NCBI GenBank assembly: GCA_000165425.1
Contig: CT868038.1
Span: forward strand, 124,001-188,000
Reading direction: 5' to 3'
DNA: 64,000 nucleotides
Source: Paramecium tetraurelia
Taxonomy: Eukaryota
Below are positions 25,846 through 42,820 of this stretch, in pieces; within the stretch, counting starts at the first letter, position 1, and each line of letters starts with the position of its first letter. Below the pieces are notes generated by a model. It did no database searches. It was not told where the DNA came from and saw only the letters and a program-made list of their open reading frames with translations. Made by a program: the position numbers and the translations under genes.

Positions 25846-26963
25846 ATATATATTTCATTCTGCTTTTTACTTCATAATAATAAATAATTAACTATTTCCT
25901 ATTAACTTATTCTTAATAAAATTATTATTTTATTATAAATTATTATCATAAGTGAATTAATAAAATTATAAGCATCATCATTTATTTTAATGTCAACTTT
26001 GAGAACTAATAAAAGAAATCAATTAAATTTAGGCATCTGCAAACCAAAGTACAATTTATTCTTTCATAATATTTTAAATTGAATAAGCATATATCATCTA
26101 GGTAACTATGAATCATAAAATAACAAATAAAGTTACTAAGGATTGGTTTATTGATTTAAAGTATATTAATTTAATTTAGGGTGTTCTCTTTTCAAAAGAA
26201 AGCACTTAGCTAATATTTTAACGGTATCAATTTGTTATGTTGTTTATAATATAGAGAAATATTGTTTGAAAGATTTGTCCATATAAATATTGAGACTAAG
26301 TCTTTTTCATTTAAAAGGGTACAATTATATTTTCAAATAAATTATATCAATATGAAATATAGTTTGTTGTAATATTTTCTAATATTTTGGATAGTAATTA
26401 GTATTACTAATAATTTTAGTATAGAATCAAAACTTAAGAAATTGTATTTCTAATTATAGAATTTATGTATATTGTATTGCTAATATGCACTTATTGAAGT
26501 AATAAATTAATAAATATTTATATAGGGTTGTAACTGGGTATCCCTACAATATTAAACATAGCAAGTATCTCTGGAATCAATATAAATTAGGTTATAAGTA
26601 TTGAAGATTAATAATAAGGGGAATAACATAAATATTTAATAAACCAAAACCCCGGTTATAATTCAACTAATAGAAATAATGAGAAATCTATTCTATGTTA
26701 AATGTGTTTATTGCAAATTTCATACTTATATCATTCTTTTAATGATTTTTACTACAAAAATAACAGAGAAATCATTTATCGTATTAGTTGAATAATAGAT
26801 TTAGATCTAATAATTGTTAAGAAATTTATAATGAAATAGCATCTTTGAGTATAAATATAGAAATGATAATTTTCAGTATGAATTGGTTGACAATCTTTGT
26901 CTTAATTTCTACTAATTGTATTTATCTTATAGAGTTAAGAAATATATATATTCATTTTTAATT

Positions 26964-27499
26964 ATGTAACAATATAAAGTTATTAACGAATAACCGGTTC
27001 CTGAACATGTAAACTTGTTATTTCTCATATTTGATAGCTCTTTTTTTGGAAATACTCTGATTATAAGGCGAGATCTCAGACTCCGAGTAGATCTAAGTCT
27101 CCTTTAAGGAAATAAAAATAATAACAAGTCAAATCTACATTGCAAAGGTTGGAGGAGGAAGAGTGGGCTGAGTGCACATTTAAACCATAACTCTTTTCGA
27201 AACGATGTTTTCAATATAATGAAGGTGATTTCTTACAGCGATGTCAATAGTATGAAGAGTAGAAATAAGTAAAATTGCAAAAATTGCGGATGTTTGATGT
27301 GGAAAATGAATTGAAGGAATGCACTTTTCAGCCGAAGATCAGTTAGTATGTTAGGAATGCCAACACTATTAATTTGAATGAGACTAATAAGAAATAGGTT
27401 CTTGACAATTATTTGGGATAACCAAAACAATCTTATGCGAAATAAATGTACAAGTACTCAGATGCTTTGAATTTATTGCATAAAGAACTTCATGGATGA
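26964..27499 (+). CDS. Small protein with two ECTF.P motifs
   Basis: One 29-nt intron; WAECTFKPQL and LKECTFQPKIS; ends LHKELHG*. Confidence 0.75.
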
Positions 27500-27532
27500 T
27501 TATAAAATAATAAATTATAATATAGTTAAATT

Positions 27533-28310
27533 ATGACAGAAATGATTGATAAATTTAGAGTACCTTTTTTAACAGCTTTGGCAAATTACAAATTGAGACA
27601 ACAAAGTGAAATCTGGATAAATTTCAGGAAACTACTGCAATTATTTGAAGGATGCGAACCTTGGATTGCCAATGTCAATGTATTTGTCAATTATATAATG
27701 TTGTTAGAAATGGAATCAATACAAAATATGGGCCTTATTAGAAAAACCTTAAAAGTTAATTAGATTGGTTCAAAATTATAGGGTTAACATTCAAAAGATG
27801 CATCCTAAAAATATTGAAATTGCAATTGACAATTTACGCTCAGGAGATAATCAATACTCATAATATTTGGCAGCTCTTATATAATATATCGTTGATAAAT
27901 ATGAGATCCAAATTAATGAAGAATAAATCGCTAATTATCTTGATGATTCCGACGATATCGAATCCAGGATGAAGACATAAGAAAGTGGACTTGACTTTTA
28001 AGAATAGCCATCCATGGACCTCTCTTGTAGTAATAGTAAACCTAATTCTGCCATGAGAAAAAGCAGCTGCACTTAAAGATCAATTACAACTGAATCTCGG
28101 AGTAATTGGAATTAAACCAAAAGCACCATCGAAAATCTCTAGAAACATAAAATGCATTTATAATAATAAATTGAACATCAAAAAGAAATCCTTAGAGAAC
28201 TCCAATATGAACATAACAAAACCACTTAATAGATATCAAAACTTAGTTCTAATTCGAAGATAGACAAAATTCTAAACCACTTCAATAGATCGAAAAGATT
28301 CATCTAATGA
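27533..28310 (+). CDS. Hypothetical protein
   Basis: MTEMIDKFRVPFLTALANYKLRQQSEIWINF...; C-terminal coiled coil; TGA 28308. Confidence 0.7.
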
Positions 28311-28720
28311 TATGCTATTTTATATAATTTAAGTTATTTAGACTACCAAATCAAATCAAATCAATTATAATTTATTTAAATACTATCAGTAATCCTTTGT
28401 TTCAGCTAAAGAGAGTTATATAAAATATTAATAAAAATACATAATTTGAAAGACATAACTTATGAAAATAATTGACAGCCAACGTTCTATTATGGTCATT
28501 TTAGCTTGCAACTTAATCTATTTGAGAGTCAGATGTAATTAGAATGATGAATATAAATCAAATCCATAAGAGAGTGTCAAAATAAGTTACAAAAATAAGA
28601 AACGGGAAATAATAAAGAAGATGAAAATAAAATACTGATATGAAATATTGATATGATCCTCAAGGTGAATGGAAAGTTAAATTAAAAAGAGGAGAAGAAA
28701 ATAATTCATATATATTAAAA

Positions 28721-30271
28721 TCATAAATCAAATTCTCCAAAAATTGCACCTTGAATAATTTGATCTTCATGGTATTCCCACGATTAATAGAAGGGGTATC
28801 TGTAAATATTCTCAGATTCGATTAATTTGTCTAATAGACTATCATAATAGTAAAAGTTTTTAGTTTGGTTTTCTTAATGTTCTTCTTCTTATATTTCAAT
28901 CACTTCCTCTTTTTCTTGATCTTCGTCTTCGCCTAATTCAGATTAACTGTCATCCTATTCGGAGATAGCAGCTGCGCCTTTTTGTACTCTTCTTCCCTGT
29001 TTATTTTCGAGAACTGTGTTTCTTCTTTTGTTAAGAGATCCTAAATTGCTGGTTTATTTTTTCAATGGAGTCTTTTCTGATATGGGAGTTTCATCCTATT
29101 TATTGTCTATTTCTACTAACTGCTCGCTTTTTGTACTGCGAACTGACTTAAGGGGAATGTCCTCCAAAGGAATTTTAGATCTTGAACTCAATTATTGCTA
29201 TTATGAAGATAAAGGATTAAAATCCAATTAGGAGAGATCTTACACTGATACTTAAAAAATAATTGATTTCTAAGACTTCTAAGGACTACGCTTATTTTTG
29301 GTGCGTTTCTTTTTGGGACTGCTAGGACTGTTATTATTGGTTTCTTCTTTATCCAGATCACTTGGAGGTTGATCTTCATTAAGTTATATGGAGGTGAGAG
29401 GAGTGAATACACTTTCCTCAGGTTCTGCTTGGGAGATGATGGGTGTTTGTTGACGTGGAGGTGGAATGTCTATTATTTCAGACAATTGTGGAGTTTCTTC
29501 AACTTTTTCTGAGATTTCTGGGATCAAGACTTCCTATTTGTCTTGGTCGAAGAGGATGGCAGATTATTTTCTGGTCATGGTGGGTCTCTTGGGCTTGAGC
29601 AATGTCTTGATGATTTCCATGTGGTTTTAGAGTTGAATGACTTGGTTGTCCAGCTTTTTATTTTGCACATAGTAATCATTAAAGTCTTGGTAGAGACAGT
29701 CGTATTCATCTTTAAGTCGTACCATCGTAACTTAGAAAGTCTCCTATTGTTGTGGCTCTTAATAAAACTGTTGAGTGGATAATAGCAATTTCACCTTGCT
29801 CATTAATTGGGTGACCTTGTCCTTCAATTATTGATCACCCCGATCATTAGCCAGTCGATCCAATCGAATGGAGGCAGCAGGTTCTTTAAATGAGTAAATC
29901 CTAGGGTCTCGAGATAGTCCTCCATCTTCCTTTGGAGGTTAGTACATCAATTGTTTTAGTTTGTTTCTATATCTGCGTACAGTATTAACAACTGATGCAC
30001 TTTGGTTGAGAGGTTAAGTTTGAGTGATCAAATCGCTTCCGTAACGAAATTCTGCTGTTTTCAGTTTCTCCTAACTATTATAGATGGCAATGGTCATTCC
30101 TCTCACTCTCTTTTTGACGGGAGATGGATCATAATATCTTTGAGGATTACTCTAATATTTGATCATCGAAGAGCTTGATTGATTATTATCACCATAACTC
30201 AGGCTGAATTGAGGGTCTTTAGGTTGTAATTTAAGAACAGGCAATCTGAACGATGAAGCTTAAACTCTCAT
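28721..30271 (-). CDS. Low-complexity hypothetical protein
   Basis: ATG 30271 MRVQASSFRLPVLKLQPKDPQF...; long S/P/K-rich frame ending IIQGAIFGEFDL*. Confidence 0.7.
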
Positions 30272-30306
30272 TCTGACTTAATAATAATATTTTAATTATT
30301 TGTAAC

Positions 30307-30962
30307 ATGAAACCCTATGTCTAGAAAAACAAGAAGGACTCCCCCTTGGTTCAGTAATCAAAAGCAATGAGTTATTTGTTGAGACATGGAGCCTAGAAGG
30401 AAGGTATTCCAATCAGATAAGATGGTTTTGTGTTGGTTTAAGATCTACTCAATTGGAAGTCGATGGCCAATCTTAAAGCAAATGTTCAAAGTATCAGGAA
30501 TGTAGTGGATAATAATGACAAGAAGAGATTTGAACTGAAAGAAATAGATGGATAATTGTATATTAGATGTGTCTAGGGACACACCATTGAAATAAATGAG
30601 GAAGAACTATTGGGAGAAAATAGTTGATCCAAGCCTAGTTTCCTGTCATTGTACATGGTACATACTTCTAGGCTTGGGAGTTGATTAAGAATACTGGATT
30701 AAATAGGATGGCAAGATAGCATATACACTTTGCAGTAGGATTACCAGGAAATGATGCAGTAATCAGTGGAATGAGAAACACATGCGAAGTCATTATAGAG
30801 GTGGATATGGAAAGAGCAATGAAGGCAGGCATTGAATTTTATGTTTCTAAAAATGGAGTAGTGTTGTCAAGTGGAATTGATGGTGTGATTGCACCGTAAT
30901 TTTTTAAAAGAGTAACCACAAGAAAGGGATAAGACATTCATTTTTAATAATAATAAATATGA
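30307..30962 (+). CDS. TPT1: tRNA 2'-phosphotransferase (Tpt1/KptA), frameshifted as assembled
   Basis: SKAMSYLLRHGA, NDKKRF, IRCVQGHT, VHGT, GLNRMARQHIHF, SGMR, FYVSKNGVVL; apparent extra G (about 30613) and extra C (about 30635) break the frame. Confidence 0.88.
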
Positions 30963-30995
30963 ATAATATATATTTTTAAATAAATAACATCGATA

Positions 30996-32708
30996 ATGAA
31001 AGATTTACGTAACCTTCTGAGTAAGGATAATGAGGATCAATTGTCAGATAAACGAGAATAACTCTATCAATAATAAGCAATAAGTCGAAGAACTGCTGTC
31101 ACTCGTGAATCTGGAAGGCCAGCTGGATCACGGTCTTATTAAAGATTTTTTAAGATCGATTCTCCTACTGGAAACCTTGGAAACTTTTTTCACCATCATA
31201 AATTCTCTTTATAACAGGATGCCTTCCATTATTAGGCAGATTAGTAAGAGAAATTTGTCGTTAAACAATATTGGAGATCTTTGCTTAGATGGCAAGGGTT
31301 CGATGACTATCTGTTCTTGAGAGATCCTATCAACCTAAGACACATAAGGGGAAGGGAGATCCTAACAAAGAATGATGTGGTAGAAGAATTACAAGCATAC
31401 AACATCCATGTTTAAGTGTTGTATCAGGCTGACAATGGGATGTAGGAGTACAAGGACTAGCATCGTAGATCATAGATGCAGCAATTACAGAAGTTGTATT
31501 AGCCTGGAGAGGCAAATTACCAGAAATTTAATCCGGAGAAGTACAAATAATCATTTTTTGGGGGAAAGGATACTGGAAAATTGTAATAAATGGTATTTGA
31601 GAATGCTAAGTTGCATGAGTTAATTGATAAGATACAACAAATACTCTAATTGATCAATGAGAAGATTGTGGGCGAAGAGATTAACCAAATATCCCCACTT
31701 GGAGAGAGGATGATCCGATTATTATGGAAAATCGGATGTTTGAATATGTTTTTGTTGGGCTATTTCATACACAACATTATTTTGGAGATTTATGGTAAGG
31801 AGAAGTTGGCATATCAGAATTGGAAGAAGATCTTGCGTATTTGTAATATGTAAGGCAATCATTGTCACCGCTACAAATTGATAGCCTACAAGCACATATC
31901 CAAGATTTGCATTAAGCTCTAATTATATGACAAGAGTCTCATCTATCTGAAGAAGATGCTCAAACTCTCATGGATTATTAACGATACCAATTACGAGATC
32001 TTTACTTATGATAAAATATCTTTATGTTATTATTACAAGTAGGATATGAACAAGGCAATCTATTATCATGAGAAATTCGCTTAGGGAGAGTATGAAGAGG
32101 CAGGCAAGGGCATGAGGAATGTAGGAGAGGCTGCCTATCTATTGGATGCAAAAATGAAGGAGGGGTTCATCGATTAGAATTCCTATTCTGAGGATGAGTA
32201 CGATCTTGATGTCCTCTTATAGAATGGCAATTTGAACAAGTGGGAATTGGAGAACAAACGCAAGGATCTAAAGGTTATGGCCAAGAAGATACCCACGGAA
32301 TATAAGAAGGGACATAGTTTTGGTAAAATTCATCGACCCACTAATAACATTATTGACTTCAAACACGCCATGTTAATCTTACACAAATTTCAAAACAAAT
32401 AATAGATTCCTTTGGGACCTATTCAATCAAAGGATGTTCCTGATCAAATATAATCTACGAAGAGATGGAAGAAGAAAGATCCTCTCTAATCTTGTCAATA
32501 TCTATTCAATTAAAAGAGCACTAATAGAGTTGCCCAGAACTTTCTATTGTAAGAAGAAATTAAAGAATAACCTATTAGTGATGCTATCTGCTTCAAACCA
32601 TCAGAGAATGTATATTATATAAAAAAGATGATCAGAGTATTTTAATATGATCTTAAGTATTTTTTATAGAAACAATCTCTTTTTAAAAATTCCACTGATT
32701 GTTTATGA
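30996..32708 (+). CDS. TPR-containing protein
   Basis: AYKHISKICIKLQLYDKSLIYLKKMLKLSWIINDTNYEIFTYDKISLCYYYKQDMNKAIYYHEK TPR-like helices. Confidence 0.75.
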
Positions 32709-32722
32709 ATATAATTTAATAT

Positions 32723-34659
32723 ATGAATTAACCAATATCACTAAATTGTCAAAATCCAAAAAAAGGATACCTCATATAGAGAGGAGTAAGTAAAATCAAT
32801 CAGAATCCAAAGGAGAAACAAACATTTGCTGACTATGTGAATTCATTGTCGGAATCATAACATCATCTGCTCACTCATAACAAGTCTCCTAGAAAAGACT
32901 CAGTGCCCAAACGAAATCCCCCGCTCCCTAAATTAGAATTGCCCAATCCTGATATCATGAATAAGAGATTTGTTGTAAATGTAGGTAAATGTCCGATCAC
33001 TAATTTCCAATCGCCTATTTATAGACCTAGTGTACAATCCCATTAAAATTAATTCCATAACCTCTACTCTCCCAGACACTATTCTTTTGAGACTCGGAAG
33101 TCTCTCGTTCCTCAATAAAGATTGTTGCCTATCCATCGAACTTCGGTCAACAATATCACTGGTAGGAGCGTAATGGACGATGACATGAGTCTGTTCTATT
33201 ATAAAATTGGAGGCTCTGAAGTTGTTGATCAACTCAATGAGGAATTCCATAGTTATTCAACTCAACACGAGATGATCTCATGTAAATACTCAAAATATAT
33301 TTAGAGATTGATGATTTAGAAAGATATAAATAACGATTCAGGACGTTCTTGGAATACATTATGGGAAAGCCCATATTCTATAATCTGGAACAGCTAAAAG
33401 AGAAACATAAGGATTTAAGACTCAAAAATAGAGATTTCAATTAATTCAAAAACTATTTAATTGTAAACAATACTCATCTAATATAGACATGCTTCTTAAA
33501 AGTCAATAAAGGACAATTAGATTTTGTGTTTGAATTCAGTTCCATGATTGAGCAATATCGTTATTGTATCATCAATAGCAATACTCCATTCGCAATTATC
33601 TACAACCAGAGGACGGAGAAGTTGAACACAAAAGACGTCCCAGATGCAATCCTGCAATTAGCTCAGAGCAGCTATCAAAAGATTTTCTAGGACAATTCTC
33701 TAGCACCCTACTTCATAGGCATCGAAATCAAACAATAAGCCAGAAAATTGGGCAAGATCCTGTCTCAATTAATGGCATGGGAACAAACCAATGATCAGAT
33801 CTTGGTTGAGATGAGACAGTCCCATAAGGGAATGCATCTCACAAATGTCCATTTCACACTCTTTAAATAGCATTTGATTGAGTCTATGCGTCAATTGAAT
33901 ATACAAGAGAAACAAATAGAGTTGGTGACATCTAGAATGGATGGGTATCGAAGTTACATCATTAATCAAGACTCTTTGCTCGACTACTATGGGGAACAGT
34001 CTTCCCTATTGTAGGTTTAGCAGAAGAAGTATGTGTAATTGTTGAAAAGAGATGTCAGAATGTAAAACTATCCCTTGATAGCCCTGGAGAGACATTCTTA
34101 ATTTATATTGAGATATCTCACTCATCAACACATACCAACCCTCACAAAAAATGATTTGTGGACTATCCATTCGAAGTATAACATAGCCACTGAATGGATC
34201 GATTCCTTTCGGGATAACTTTTTTCAACTTATTAAGAGTCTCAATTTAAATGCCTTGATCATCTAAGATTACGAAGATATCTGGTATAAACTAAGGAAGA
34301 ATATCACCTAATGCCACTCGATTGAAAGCAGCGTTGGTAAGAAGAAGGTGGAAGTTGTAATAGCGAAAGTTTAAATGAAATTGTAAGACAATGAAAACTA
34401 TACAGAATATTTTAAGAATGCCAACTACCAAATGAATTTACATCTGCATCGAATTATTGCTTTTATTCTTAAAGATTAACACATATATAACTCTAATGAT
34501 TTGAAGGTCATTCATCAATCAGTGAAAATTAGAGAAAGCACATTTAATTTGTTTGTTTAATTCTTAAAAAATGCTATGTAAGAAGAAGCCATTTGTTCCA
34601 GTCTAATTGCTTAGGCTGAAGAAATTTGTAATTATTATAAAAAGAGTATATGTACTTGA
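32723..34659 (+). CDS. Multidomain truncated haemoglobin: four tandem 2/2 (group I/trHbN-like) globin domains
   Basis: Introns of 23 and 24 nt give 629 aa; SLFYYKIGG start; four repeats each with proximal His: LKEKHKDL, MRQSHKGM, LWTIHSKY, LKVIHQSV. Confidence 0.85.
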
Positions 34660-34790
34660 TTGCTGTTATCTTACTCCTAATTGATTATTTTCGTTTATTT
34701 CGTAATTAAAAATAAAGTTTTCTGGAATATAATATATCTAATATCATAAACAAATTATTAATGTCAAATTATATTCATTGGTTGGCGTAT

Positions 34791-35309
34791 TCAGCAAAAC
34801 CATTGTTTTCCGTAGAGTTTTTCAACCCAATCTGTGAAAGTTTCAGGATCCTTGTATGTATTTAATTTTGGAGATTATTACGTCATGACCTCCTCGATCT
34901 ACATGGTTGACATCCTGTTGGGTCGATTGATGACGACTCGGTATCCATAATCATTTGCTTTTTTCTTTCCCTATTGAAAGAACACAGGTTCTTGACTTAC
35001 TGATTCTTAATTTTTTTTGCTATTTCTGCTTGAAATAAAAAGTTTTCTGTTTGAGATGATAACATTAGGACTTTTTATTTTTTTACTTGTTTGGAACTTA
35101 GAAATTGATTCTAAACAATCCATAGAATTCCTACCATTAAAGTGGTTACTACTTTTTTGAAGGCTGATTTCCTCTTTAAACGGGTATCTTAAGGAAGTTT
35201 TGCGTTTAATCAACTCATTATGCTCTTTAATTTGTTATTTGTTTAAAACTACCTTACTAATCTAAGAAGAAATCATGTTTCTATTAGATTGTATTGATTT
35301 ATTGATCAT
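34791..35309 (-). CDS. Basic hypothetical protein
   Basis: 172-aa open frame ending FTDWVEKLYGKQWFC*. Confidence 0.7.
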
Positions 35310-35417
35310 TAAAAAACTTTTGAATATAAATTAATAATTAAGCTTCGTACTCTAAATCTTATTTAAAATGACATCACTACTATTAATTTTTAGGTCTCAA
35401 AAACATATTGTGTATAT

Positions 35418-36233
35418 TCAAAAATCAATTGCCTGTTGTTATGTGCCAATAATCATGCTTGGATTAAACAAAGAGTTAGATCTACCAATCCAATCGAAAC
35501 TATTGGTTGGTTCAAGGTGTTTAATAATTTATCTAGTTGTCGACCCACTCAAAATCACAATCAAATGGAAAAAGCAAAAGACTCCTATGATGGCACTTAT
35601 GAAGCAAACTATAATCAATAAAAAATCTGTTAATCCATTGCTTTCCTGAGGATCGATTTTATTTAAACTAACCAGGATCGAAAGACCCTACATGAGGAGA
35701 CTGGCCAAAAACAAGGCAAAATATCTAATATAAATACTGTGCCATTACTTGTAGTTTCGTTTTCCTATGCAGTTATTCACAAAGGGACAATGATGATCAA
35801 ACATCAAAATGCAATTATCGCATTGTTTGCAATGGGATGAGCCTGGGGGTTTTTTGATTAAACAAGTCTCGCACATAGGCCAAGAGCCTTCAGTTTCCCA
35901 TTCTGTGTTCATGATTTCAAATATGTTCTTTCTGGGGATGATTCCAGGATCTGTAAATTAAGTCAGAAAGAGAAAGAATAAGGTTAGGAATCCTAAAAGC
36001 AAAGTGCAAATAAAGAGCAGTCTGTTGGCTTCCCAAATTTGTTACCCATTCGAAATACTAAAGAATAAAGGGAGGAGTATTAATCCACACCAGGTGAAAA
36101 GGTTAGGGCCATTATCAGAGCTAGGTCCAATCATGATTCTGCCACCCAGATAGAATCTATTCTTGCCTGGCCAAATCTCATATAGTTTGTGTTCTCTTTC
36201 ATCTTCGAATTTAATATGTTATTAATTTATCAT
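35418..36233 (-). CDS. DHHC palmitoyltransferase (Erf2/ZDHHC9-like)
   Basis: [62 protein letters not shown]. Confidence 0.93.
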
Positions 36234-36334
36234 CTAATATATTATAAATGCACATGTAGTATAAGTTGTTAATAACAAGAATTGATTATATATAATTTAT
36301 TAAACCTTTCATAAAAATATATATTTTCCAACTA

Positions 36335-38049
36335 ATGTCAGATAGTGAAACTGAACAATAAAAAAAGGTGGTGCTCCCTTAAATAATCATGAATGTCTAT
36401 GACACCCAGTATTAAGTGGTTCGTTATGTGGGATAAGAAATACTCAAGTGGAAATTAATTGCGGAACCCGAATCCTGGGAATGGGATGTCTATTGGACGG
36501 ATTCTGGAGTTCAAGCAGAAATGTTGAGCAGAATGAAATGTACAATTAAAATTAAAATCCTTCTTAGAACATTAAAAAGTTAATCATTTTCCAGGAATGT
36601 ACATATTAGCTCGAAAAAATAATCTAGGTAAATAATTAACTAAGATGCGTCGAAGGTTTCCAAAGGAATTTAAATTCTTTCCTTTTACATGGATGCTGCC
36701 TTCGGATGCTCAAGACTTGAGGGAATATATGAAGGGTAAGGGTAGAGATGAGACTTTGATTGTGAAACCTGAAGCCTCTTGTTAAGGTAGAGGTAAAAAT
36801 ACACTTCTTAAAGTTAAGGTATTTTCTTAACGAAATCTCTTGAGTTTATCAGTCCGACAGAGAGATATGTGGTGTAAAAGTACTTGGGTAATCCCTTTTT
36901 AATTGACGGTTTGAAATTTGATTTTAGAATATACGTCCTCGTTGCAGGATGCGATCCTTTGAGAATATTCGTATACACAGAAGGATTGGCCAGATTTGCA
37001 ACTGAGAAATACCTGCCTCCTCATCCGTCAAATTTTGATGATCTTTGTATGCACTTGACTAATTATGCTATCAACAAAAATAATGAAAACTTTATCTTCA
37101 ATGAGGATGTCTAGAGAATGGATATTGGACATAAGAGAAGTATGTCAAGCGTATTTGAAAAATTGAAATAGGAAGGTAGGGATATCGATCAATTGTGGAT
37201 GGAAATCAAATAAATCATAATAAAAACACTCTGTTCTGCTCAGCCATTTCTTAAACATCAATACACCACAAGTCAACCGAATAATCTAATGAATAATATG
37301 TGTTTTGAAATCTTGGGATTCGATATCATTTTGGATAGTTCCTTCAGGTAAGCAATTGTCTCCTATTTTAGCCCAATCTTGTTGGAAATCAATCACAGTC
37401 CTTCGTTCACTACTGATTCTCCCCTGGATCAATACATCAAGGCTAATTTGATTGAAGATACATTAGTGTTGATGAATGTGAACCGGGAAGAGAAGTACAG
37501 ACTAATGTATTCTTAAATCTGTTATTAAGATAGGAGAAACACCAAGAAATGCAAAAACGTATTCTAACAGGTCGAAACATCCGAATGACACAGGAGGATA
37601 GAAAGGCCATTGTTGAATAATATCAATTGATTCGAGATGCTTATGAGGACGAACACCTTGGGGGATACGAGAAGATCTACCCATGTGATGAGGAGTACGA
37701 GACCGATTATTATACTTAATTTCTGAATTATTCGAGTGATATCTTTGAGGAATCAACAGGTTATCGTTGTTGAACATTCTATATAGGTACGAAAAAGGTG
37801 CAATTGCCTCCTACTAGAAAAATTACAGGTAGTCCACAAAAATCAATTAAACATGATGCTGCTAAAATATATGCTCAACCTTTGAGAGTGGTTGTGTAAT
37901 CATAACAACTCTAATCGAGGAAAACTAAACAACATACTTTATTATACAAATCTATGATCTAGCAATAGATACAATAGGAATAACGAAAAATATAGGTCAT
38001 AATGAAATAGAGGGAGTAGGTTCAATAAAAATAAAAATATATTTAATGA
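36335..38049 (+). CDS. TTLL6: Tubulin polyglutamylase, TTLL6/13-like
   Basis: QKVNHFPGM, FFPFTWMLP, IVKPEASCQGRGIF, KFDFRIYVLV, EGLARFAT, MHLTNYAINK, CFEILGFD, LLEINHSPSF. Confidence 0.93.
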
Positions 38050-38058
38050 ATATTTAAT

Positions 38059-38300
38059 TCACCTTTATTTTTCATTTTCTTCATCTGAAAATCCCAAATC
38101 ATTCATCAATTCTGTAACACTCTTTTCAATGTCATCGATTCTCTTTCCTTTTGTAAATTCATCATTATATAATAATTACCCATGTCATCAATTCTTGAAA
38201 CTATAGTGCCTTGCATTTCCTCAAAGCGTTCTGACATTTATTTCAACAAAGTCTACACGAAAGTATTGAGTTCTTTGGTACTTGGATCCTCACTTGACAT
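38059..38300 (-). CDS. HSBP1: Heat shock factor binding protein 1
   Basis: ELNTFVQTLLKQMSERFEEMQGTIVSRIDDMGKRIDDIEKSVTELM; one intron. Confidence 0.9.
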
Positions 38301-38328
38301 ATTTAAAAATAATTATTTATTAATAATA

Positions 38329-39051
38329 ATGAGTGAAGAATTCATGAGTCAGGATGACAGTCTATCCTCCAGTTCAGATTAGCCAGTCTTTGACATTGAT
38401 CAGATGTCAGTAAATTCAGATAATTAAAAAGCCATTCAATATTTACAAAAGGTCAGAGAAGAAGCAAAATAAGCACCCAAATGCACCTATTTTGAAGAAG
38501 GAGAAGATTTTCAATTCAAACAAACAGATCCAAAATATTTAATACAACCTAAAGGTGTCAAACTAAATGGAAAATGGGCCATGAATTCCTTGTGGCAAAA
38601 GGATGTCGTTGAATAATACTATAGTTTTAAAAAGGTAATAATTTTACTTCTATTTTAGAATATCGAATAATTTAGATAATTAGATTAAAACTCATATTAG
38701 CTGTTAAATTATAATGAAGAAGAAGAAGAGAAAATTAAATCTTGTTTAAAAAAGAAATGCTCATTCAAAGAACTATCGAAAGATATTGCTCCAACCCTCT
38801 TCACCTTCCACATCCTGGATTACCATACGGCATCCAAAATTATCAAGTGGCTCAGTTTGACTCAAAAGTGCAATTACAATCAATGCATGTGGATCTATTG
38901 TGCCCTGACCCAATTGGAGGATCCATTGAGCAGTGACACATTGGCTAATATCAACAAGGTGCTTTAGAATTGCTATTTCGTAGAAAGTGGTATGACAAGT
39001 GTTTTGATAACAATAATATAAATAATTTTCAAGTAAAAATATGCTGACTGA
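38329..39051 (+). CDS. GEMIN2: Gemin2/SIP1 (SMN-complex) homologue
   Basis: QYLQKVREEAKQAP, WQKDVVEQY, WIYCALTQLEDPL, VLITIIQIIFKQ resemble Gemin2 blocks. Confidence 0.7.
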
Positions 39052-39123
39052 TTTTTCTTCCTTCTTTAATAATTTCGAACTTGTTCATAAAATCAAACAC
39101 ATTTGGTCTAAGTTTCAACCTTC

Positions 39124-40780
<1,657 letters not shown>

Positions 40781-40788
40781 TATATATA

Positions 40789-42820
<2,032 letters not shown>

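Noticed and set aside
26641..26655. aaccaaaacccc, telomere-like
   Set aside because: Single short unit that does not match tandem C4A2/C3A3 Paramecium repeats
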